From Candidatus Tenderia sp. (GTDB lineage Bacteria; Pseudomonadota; Gammaproteobacteria; Tenderiales; Tenderiaceae): DNA of 26,006 nucleotides. The position numbers and the translations under genes are program-made. The first letter of the stretch is position 1. Each line of letters starts with the position of its first letter. The notes beneath the pieces are model-generated. The model had not been told where the DNA came from. It was given only the letters and a program-made list of their open reading frames with translations, and searched no databases. The DNA is taken from NCBI GenBank assembly GCA_031416075.1, contig JANOSY010000069.1:1-26006 (forward strand). Direction: 5' to 3'. Positions 19,772-26,006 of the stretch are shown here, in pieces.

Positions 19772-20554
19772 TTACCCCTTCAGCGCTGCAACCACCACCA
19801 TGTTAACGCTCCAATAAAATTGCCCAATGGCATCACGCGCTGCCAACTCTGCCGTCCAGCCATCCAATTCTGATTGCGTAGCGATACCGGCCGCTAACGC
19901 CTCCCCCGTTAACCAGCCACCTAGCGGTGACTGCTTAAAGTCGCTCTGTACCAGTGGAAATACCTCTACCTGAATATCCTCTAGCCGCTGTTGCTGAAAC
20001 AGGGAGTAGAGCTGTCGTCCTGCATAACCGTTGGGGCGCAGCTGTGTCGCAAAAAAACTCATCAACCGCCGCTCAAGCAGTGCATCTGAATAATCGACCG
20101 AGGCCGTTGCCCAATCGGTATCGGCCACCACCAATCGGCCGCCACGACGCAATACACGCAACATCTCAGTTAAAACAGCATTGGCAGAGCAGCTTGCTGG
20201 CAGCACCTGAAACAGTCGTTCCGCATGGCATGCATCAAACCACTCGTCTGCAAACGGTAATACAGTGACATCTGCCTGCTGATGTTTAACCACCCCATCA
20301 AGCTGTGCATCGGCGGCGGCAACATCGGCCTGTTCCAACATCTCACTGTCGATATCGATGCCGACCACACAACCGGTCGTCCCTACCAAACGCCCTAATG
20401 CCACAGTATCAATGCCGGGGCCACACCCCACATCCAAAACCCGGCTACCGGTTTTTACCGCCATTAATTCATAGCTACGCTGTTTGATCCGCTGGCCCAA
20501 CTCAGCCACTTTACGCAGATAGTCTGCACTCACATATCCTGCTGATTTGGTCAT
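19772..20554 (-). CDS. Class I SAM-dependent methyltransferase
   Basis: VLDVGCGPG motif I, LPFADEWFD and EMLRVLRRGG. Start taken as ATG 20554 (MTKSAGY) to avoid overlapping the cupin gene. Confidence 0.88.
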   Translation of the reverse strand: MTKSAGYVSADYLRKVAELGQRIKQRSYELMAVKTGSRVLDVGCGPGIDTVALGRLVGTTGCVVGIDIDSEMLEQADVAAADAQLDGVVKHQQADVTVLPFADEWFDACHAERLFQVLPASCSANAVLTEMLRVLRRGGRLVVADTDWATASVDYSDALLERRLMSFFATQLRPNGYAGRQLYSLFQQQRLEDIQVEVFPLVQSDFKQSPLGGWLTGEALAAGIATQSELDGWTAELAARDAIGQFYWSVNMVVVAALKG

Positions 20555-20573
20555 GGGAATTATCTTTATAGGT

Positions 20574-21050
20574 TTATTTTTTTCGGGGATCAGTGATTGA
20601 TTCATGGGCGACCAGATTCCACTCACCATTATTGCGGTAGAGCCGCTGGCCACGGTCAGGATAGTCCGTGACATCCTGCGCCAGGCGCTGCCCCATCACC
20701 AGACAGACCAGTGTCTGCTCACCATCATTGATTACATTATGGGCCACCGTGTGGCGTGGCAAACCAATAAAATCTCCCGGCCCAACTTTATAACGATCCC
20801 CACCAATCACTGCTGTTGCACTGCCCGAGAGCACGTAAATAGACTCCTCTTCATAGTGATGAAGGTGATACTCAGTGGTATCACGCCCCGGTTCAACATA
20901 GATCATGTGCACACCCATATGATTCAACCCCACAGCATCAGCCAGTGACTTATTAATACGCTGTGCATTTGGATTTAAAAAGTGGATCTTCTCTTCGCCC
21001 ACCATCGCCTCAATTTCTGAGGCGGTTAGTAAAAATTGTCGGGTATTCAT
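20574..21050 (-). CDS. Cupin domain protein
   Basis: HLHHYEEESIYVLSG and GDFIGLPRHTVAHNV cupin motifs; ATG 21050 preceded by GGAGG. Confidence 0.9.
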   Translation of the reverse strand: MNTRQFLLTASEIEAMVGEEKIHFLNPNAQRINKSLADAVGLNHMGVHMIYVEPGRDTTEYHLHHYEEESIYVLSGSATAVIGGDRYKVGPGDFIGLPRHTVAHNVINDGEQTLVCLVMGQRLAQDVTDYPDRGQRLYRNNGEWNLVAHESITDPRKK

Positions 21051-21060
21051 ATGACCTCCG

Positions 21061-21966
21061 TTAATGTTGAACAATTGGCATACGCCGACCGACCGCAACC
21101 GTCGCAACAACCGCCACAGCAAAAGCGATCATACCTGAGGTGATCACCTCATCCAGCACAACGGCCGCCACCAGCAGCGTCATAAACGGTTGCAACAATT
21201 GTAGCTGGCTAACACGTACCACACCGGCCATCGCCATGCCTTGATACCAGAGAAAAAATGCCAGAAACTGACTCACCAGACTCAGATATAAAAATGCCAG
21301 CCACCCTGACAGCGGCGCATCAAACCCATGTTGATGAAACGACCAGCCAACCGGTAGCAACAGAAACGGCATCACCAGTACCAGCGCCCAACAGATCACC
21401 TGCCACCCGCCCATCTCCTTGGCCAGCCGTCCACCCTCCACGTATCCAAATGCCGCTGCCAAACAGGCGAGGAACAGAATACCATCCGCTGCTTGCAGTC
21501 CTTGCATACCACTCTCGATAGCAAACACCACAACCAACAGAGTCCCCATCATACTGACCAACCAAAACTGAACCGATGGCCGCTGGCGCATCCGTATTGC
21601 CCCAACCACCGCAGTCAACATCGGTAACACCGCCACCACCACCGCACCGTGTGCCGCCGGCAACTGCTGGAGCGCAATGGCCGACAGCAGTGGAAAACCA
21701 ACAATCACCCCCAGCGCCACCACCATCAACCCTTTTAACTGTGCAGCTGCTGGTAACGGTTGCCGTGTTAATAGCAACATCACCATCGCACCAACCGCCG
21801 CAACCAGAGCGCGCCCCAACCCCACAATCAGGGGATCGATGTAATAAACAGCCAGACGTGTTGCCGGCAAGGTGGCGCTAAAACCGACAACCCCCAACAG
21901 ACCCAACCACATACCCAGGCGGGCACTACTCATGTTTGATCTGTCACCCACTCCACTGCTGTTCAC
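21061..21966 (-). CDS. DMT/EamA family transporter
   Basis: About 10 hydrophobic segments, FSATLPATR and SQLQLLQPF. Start is GTG 21966 after AGGAGG; ATG 21933 is the alternative. Confidence 0.92.
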   Translation of the reverse strand: MNSSGVGDRSNMSSARLGMWLGLLGVVGFSATLPATRLAVYYIDPLIVGLGRALVAAVGAMVMLLLTRQPLPAAAQLKGLMVVALGVIVGFPLLSAIALQQLPAAHGAVVVAVLPMLTAVVGAIRMRQRPSVQFWLVSMMGTLLVVVFAIESGMQGLQAADGILFLACLAAAFGYVEGGRLAKEMGGWQVICWALVLVMPFLLLPVGWSFHQHGFDAPLSGWLAFLYLSLVSQFLAFFLWYQGMAMAGVVRVSQLQLLQPFMTLLVAAVVLDEVITSGMIAFAVAVVATVAVGRRMPIVQH

Positions 21967-21986
21967 ATCACACCTCCTGCAAAACA

Positions 21987-22049
21987 GCACAGTAGTGGAT
22001 ATTTTTCTGACAATACATGTACAGTTAAACGATAGATAAAAGACTGTAC
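21987..22049. promoter_or_regulatory. Candidate MocR-family operator in the divergent intergenic region
   Basis: GCACAGT (21987-21993), GTACAGT (22019-22025) and the inverted copy ACTGTAC (22043-22049). Confidence 0.55.
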
Positions 22050-22062
22050 CGGTAAAAAGACC

Positions 22063-23478
22063 ATGACAATGACAATCACAATCGTAATAGAGACCCATAC
22101 CGGCAACCCTCTGGTTGAGCAGATCACCCATGCAATACAAAAGCAGATTGATGAACGCCAGCTACGCCATGGCACACGTATGCCATCAATCAGGACATTT
22201 GCCACCCACCACAAAATCAGCCGCTTTACCGTGGTCACCGCCTATGATCGATTGGTCGCCATGGGGTATCTACAATCACGCCAAGGCTCCGGATTTTATG
22301 TGATCTCCCGCCCGCAAACACCCACAACACCACAACCCACTATCAAACTTGATGCCGCCACCGATGTGCTCTGGCTGCTACGCAATGCACTGGCACAACC
22401 CACCAGCAAACCGATTCCCGGTGCTGGCTGGTTACCCAGTGACTGGATGGATGAACGTGGTATTCAGCGCAGCCTGCGTCTGCTATCAAAACGGAGTGGT
22501 AGCTTTCTCACCAGTTACGGCCAACCCGCCGGTTATGCCCCACTGCGGGACTGGTTACAACACCGGCTCACCGAAATAGGTATTTATACCAACAGATCAC
22601 AAATTTTGCTCACTCGCAGCGCCACCCACGCACTTGATTTAATTTCCCGTTATCTGGTCCGTCCCGGCGATCGAGTGCTGGTTGATGACCCCGGCTATTT
22701 TTTACTGTTTGGCGCACTCAAATCACAGGGCGCGCAGATCATCGGGGTACCATGGAACCAGGACGGCCCGGATACAGTGCAGATGGAGCTATTAATTCAG
22801 GAGCATAAACCCAACGTCTTTTTTACCAACACTATTTTGCACAACCCTACCGGCGCAACCATTACACAAGCCACCGCTTATCGGGTATTACAACTGGCAG
22901 AACGTTACAACCTGACGATTGTTGAAGATGATATTTATGGTGACTTCCATCCTGGCCACGCAACACGTCTGGCGACACTCGACCAGCTGCAACGGGTTAT
23001 CTATCTCAGCAGCTATTCAAAAACAGTCTCTGCCAGCCTGCGCATCGGTTACATCGCCTGCTCACGTGAACTTGCACCACAACTGATTGACCTTAAACTG
23101 CTGACTGGCATGACAACATCAGAGGTGAATGAACGGGTTATTCATCAAATGCTGACCGATGGTTATTATCGCAAACACCTCAACAGTACCCGCAAAAAGC
23201 TACAGCAGGGGCATGAGCAGGCGATGGAGAGTTTTGAGCGGCTCAAATTACCACTATACGTCGAACCCGAAGGTGGAATGTTTATCTGGGTGAAACTACC
23301 GGAGAAGATCAATACTATCGAGATGGCCAGCCATGCGGCCGAACAAGGCATCACGCTTGCCCCAGGGAATCTGTTCAAACCCGATCAGCAGCCAACTCCA
23401 TGGATGCGATTCAATGTGGCATCATCCCACGAACCGGCATTAATCGATTTTCTGACCCGGCAATTAGCCAAGCTATAA
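22063..23478 (+). CDS. MocR/GabR-family regulator (GntR wHTH plus PLP aminotransferase-like domain)
   Basis: 471 aa; RMPSIR..ISRFTVVTAYDRL..GSGFYV, HNPTG, EDDIY, SYSKT and LRIGY. Confidence 0.94.
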   Translation: MTMTITIVIETHTGNPLVEQITHAIQKQIDERQLRHGTRMPSIRTFATHHKISRFTVVTAYDRLVAMGYLQSRQGSGFYVISRPQTPTTPQPTIKLDAATDVLWLLRNALAQPTSKPIPGAGWLPSDWMDERGIQRSLRLLSKRSGSFLTSYGQPAGYAPLRDWLQHRLTEIGIYTNRSQILLTRSATHALDLISRYLVRPGDRVLVDDPGYFLLFGALKSQGAQIIGVPWNQDGPDTVQMELLIQEHKPNVFFTNTILHNPTGATITQATAYRVLQLAERYNLTIVEDDIYGDFHPGHATRLATLDQLQRVIYLSSYSKTVSASLRIGYIACSRELAPQLIDLKLLTGMTTSEVNERVIHQMLTDGYYRKHLNSTRKKLQQGHEQAMESFERLKLPLYVEPEGGMFIWVKLPEKINTIEMASHAAEQGITLAPGNLFKPDQQPTPWMRFNVASSHEPALIDFLTRQLAKL

Positions 23479-23481
23479 AGA

Positions 23482-23949
23482 CTAATCATTAACCCGGTAT
23501 TTTAACCGCATGGCATCGATGAAGTTACGCAGTATCTGATCCTTACACTCACGATAATGGGCATGGCCAGGTTTGCGAAAGAGTGCACTTAACTCATGTT
23601 TACTAATACTCACACTGGTCTGATCCATCATCTCTAAAATATCATCAGACTTCAGGTCCAGCGCGATCTTTAGTTTTCTTAAAATTATGTTATTTGTTAA
23701 ACGCTTTTCTGGCTCGGGTTGTGGCCCCTCTTTTTTTCCGCGCAGTTCGTTTATCAAACCATTCAGAAAAATCGCCAGCTGCATATCACTGCATTTTTTA
23801 AACTCTGGCTCTTCCTCTCTTTTTAACCAAGCCGTGATCTGTTCGCGTGTGACTTCATAATCTACCGATCCAAAAATCGCCACCATTTTCATATCACTAA
23901 AATCAAAGGCGTAACGGATACGACGCAAGATATCATTGTTAATCATCAA
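23482..23949 (-). CDS. DUF1456 (YehS-like) protein
   Basis: 155 aa with an internal duplication (NNDILRRIRY / NNIILRKLKI), SKHELSALFRK and YRECKDQILRNF. Confidence 0.88.
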   Translation of the reverse strand: MMINNDILRRIRYAFDFSDMKMVAIFGSVDYEVTREQITAWLKREEEPEFKKCSDMQLAIFLNGLINELRGKKEGPQPEPEKRLTNNIILRKLKIALDLKSDDILEMMDQTSVSISKHELSALFRKPGHAHYRECKDQILRNFIDAMRLKYRVND

Positions 23950-23982
23950 TACACCCCGCCAACAATAGCCCCATCAACACCA

Positions 23983-24321
23983 TTACTCAATCTCTTTGGT
24001 TGATGTTTTTATCAGATCCCATTTGCTTTTAACACGAACAGGTTTCTCGGCACTCTTATCTTTCTCCAGCAGCGCCTGCTCTATTTTGTTCTGTTTGCGT
24101 TTTTCAGAACGTACCTTATTTTTTTCCTTATATTTTTTCAGAAACTGTGCGATCTCATTAGTGGCCCATGTTTGAGCATCAGCCTCTGTGGCAAAACCGT
24201 CCTGATATTTTGATACCACCATTTTTTCAACCGATACCCGGCGAACGATCTCAGCCGACCATAAATCGTCTTTCTGTAATAACCTGAAATCATATCGCTT
24301 GGTTGTTGTCATTTTATCCAT
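23983..24321 (-). CDS. DUF3622-like small basic protein
   Basis: 112 aa; WSAEIVRRV..VVSK..GFATEADAQTWA pattern and a Lys-rich tail. Confidence 0.78.
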   Translation of the reverse strand: MDKMTTTKRYDFRLLQKDDLWSAEIVRRVSVEKMVVSKYQDGFATEADAQTWATNEIAQFLKKYKEKNKVRSEKRKQNKIEQALLEKDKSAEKPVRVKSKWDLIKTSTKEIE

Positions 24322-24490
24322 TGTCTGAACCTCTATTGATGTTGGCTATATCGGCACCGCTCAAGAAAAACGGCTGCCGTCACCAAAAATTGACCATGGC
24401 CCAATACAGCACCATTTCATGACGCCATATTAACACTTTGGGTGGGTAAACTGATCAGAAATAGAAGGGGAGTATAGGTTTAGATCAACT

Positions 24491-24554
24491 ATCACTCCCG
24501 GTATAAACACGCACATACCGGGAGTGATGATGGCTTAATCAGACAAATTAAGCC
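24491..24554. repeat. Two adjacent inverted repeats downstream of the catalase-related gene
   Basis: ATCACTCCCGGTAT-N10-ATACCGGGAGTGAT (24491-24528, 14-bp stem) and GGCTTAAT-N7-ATTAAGCC (24532-24554). Confidence 0.7.
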
Positions 24555-24580
24555 TGATAACAACAGCGCTCTCTACGGTA

Positions 24581-25585
24581 CTATTCACTTTGTCGCTTGG
24601 AAAATGAGACCGCATAGGCGGGAGAACGAAACAGCAGTACCGGATCATCCGTGGCAACAATACCCTCGCTCAAAAGCAGCGGATCATAATTAATACCTTC
24701 ACACGCGGCCCCTTTTTGCGGCATTGCCTGACTGATCGTCAACGTTCCAGCGGTAATCTGCTTGCGGCCTTCAGGCCATGCAACCGTTGGGTCGTTCTGA
24801 ACATCCCCGGACTCCCCCAGTGTGACCACCATATCCCACTGTACAACCGCTTTATCAACCCGTTTAATCAGTGTTTGTTCGAGGAAGTTGGCAGGCGATG
24901 AACTCATTTCCGCATCACTCAACCGTTTTTCACCATCACGCGGCACAAACTGCCAGCGCACCAAGCTCTCCATATTATCTTTATTGATAAATTTAAATGT
25001 ATGAATACCATAGTAGGCACTGCTGGCATAACTAACGGGAGGATTGTTGCTCGCCATAAATGCCGCTTGTGCTTTTGTATCGGGATGACTCTCTTTAAAT
25101 GCCTTTATCTTATCGGGATCGGGTTTACCCGTGGCAGGATCTGGTAGCCTTGCCACCAACCCGCCATAAAATGTACCCGGCGTGGCCGCCCCAAACACTG
25201 GCGTATTCAACATTGCCATGTGTTGAATCGCCCCATTCTTACCTAAAAACTCCAACGCCATGCCACGGGGACTATTTGCACTGTCTGGAGCATTAGGGTT
25301 GCCCCCCGCAAGCGAAAAGCGGGCAACAACGGGCACCGGCTTGCCTGAAAAAATCACAGAACGGCTCACTTTTGCCGCCACCTTTGAACCAACAAACTCA
25401 CCCACGGCACATGTTCCCTTGGTATGGTTTCTCCGTTCACCGGGAGTGACGCCAAAAATAGCTTCCATCGTACCCACCACCTGCTCAGGTGAAACAGCTA
25501 CATTAACGGCCATCGCATTACTACTTGAAAGTAGCAAAAGGCCAACAGCAACGCTCTTTTTAATATCCATATTCATGAGACTCAT
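24581..25585 (-). CDS. Secreted catalase-related heme peroxidase (SrpA-like)
   Basis: Signal-peptide-like N-terminus; RRNHTKG (distal His), ARFSLAGG, LNTPVF and RSPAYAVS (proximal Tyr). The exact start Met is uncertain. Confidence 0.9.
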   Translation of the reverse strand: MSLMNMDIKKSVAVGLLLLSSSNAMAVNVAVSPEQVVGTMEAIFGVTPGERRNHTKGTCAVGEFVGSKVAAKVSRSVIFSGKPVPVVARFSLAGGNPNAPDSANSPRGMALEFLGKNGAIQHMAMLNTPVFGAATPGTFYGGLVARLPDPATGKPDPDKIKAFKESHPDTKAQAAFMASNNPPVSYASSAYYGIHTFKFINKDNMESLVRWQFVPRDGEKRLSDAEMSSSPANFLEQTLIKRVDKAVVQWDMVVTLGESGDVQNDPTVAWPEGRKQITAGTLTISQAMPQKGAACEGINYDPLLLSEGIVATDDPVLLFRSPAYAVSFSKRQSE

Positions 25586-25653
25586 CGAATTTTATCCTTG
25601 TATACATTAATAGACAGATGACCCTATCGCTTCAAAAAAACAGACCACTCTGC

Positions 25654-25880
25654 TTATCTGCACTCTATTTTATTCACCCACTGCTGCACAGACTCTCTCT
25701 GCCATTGGTGCCGGGCATATGCAGAAAACTTATCAGACACAGTGTTACCATTCATCACCAGACGATTGATCATTAAGGCGATATCTGTATCAACAATAGA
25801 CCATTCACCAAACAGATTGAGTGCCTCTGTCCCAATAAGATCATCAAGCGCCGCAAACAGGGCAGCCTGTTGTGGCTTAA
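25654..25880 (-). pseudogene. 3' remnant of a glutathione S-transferase (YfcF-like)
   Basis: NLFGEWSIVDTDIALMINRLV...YARHQWQRESVQ matches the YfcF-type C-terminus. The N-terminal domain is missing and IS sequence sits in its place. Confidence 0.75.
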
Positions 25881-26006
25881 TGAACTTGTACACCGAGATG
25901 GGATAAACTAACCCCAACTAGAGAAGAGATGTATCAAGAATGAGCAAATCAAAGCCACTATTTTCGAGTGAATTTAAAGAAGATGCCGCCAGTTTGGTTC
26001 TGGATA
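25881..26006 (+). mobile_element. Left end of an IS3-family insertion sequence (partial)
   Basis: Begins TGAACTTGTACACC (IS3 ends start with TG); OrfA-like start 59 nt downstream. The right end lies outside the window, so the boundary is inferred. Confidence 0.72.
25940..26006 (+). CDS. IS3-family transposase OrfA N-terminus (partial)
   Basis: Manual translation MSKSKPLFSSEFKEDAASLVLD fits the (F/Y)SxEFKxxAxxLV HTH start of IS3 OrfA; absent from the ORF track. Confidence 0.75.
   Translation, partial: MSKSKPLFSSEFKEDAASLVLD

Noticed and set aside
19772-22140. Long N-terminal extensions in the ORF track for the methyltransferase, cupin and EamA genes (also MscS from 12246 and TamB from 14968)
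   Set aside because: They overlap neighbouring genes. Downstream starts with an RBS, a stop-start overlap or no gene overlap fit better.

Overview
Gammaproteobacterial-type chromosomal window. The left 10 kb holds a complete minus-strand type I-C CRISPR-Cas locus: an HTH-WYL regulator, cas3, cas5c, cas8c, cas7c, cas4, cas1 and cas2. These are followed by a leader and an array of 16 identical 37-bp repeats that runs off the left edge. cas8c carries a strong internal Shine-Dalgarno plus in-frame ATG predicting a hidden Cas11c. The rest looks like housekeeping or accessory DNA: a class-V aminotransferase, a DUF432-like/MscS pair, tamA-tamB-dusC, a MocR regulator divergent from an EamA-cupin-methyltransferase cluster, DUF1456- and DUF3622-like genes and a secreted catalase-related protein. 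At the right edge is a GST remnant cut by the left end of an IS3-family element. I see no unambiguous new system. The best leads are WYL control of the cas operon through a candidate operator, the DUF432-like/MscS pair and the MocR-linked three-gene module. All family calls come from motif recognition by eye, not database searches.
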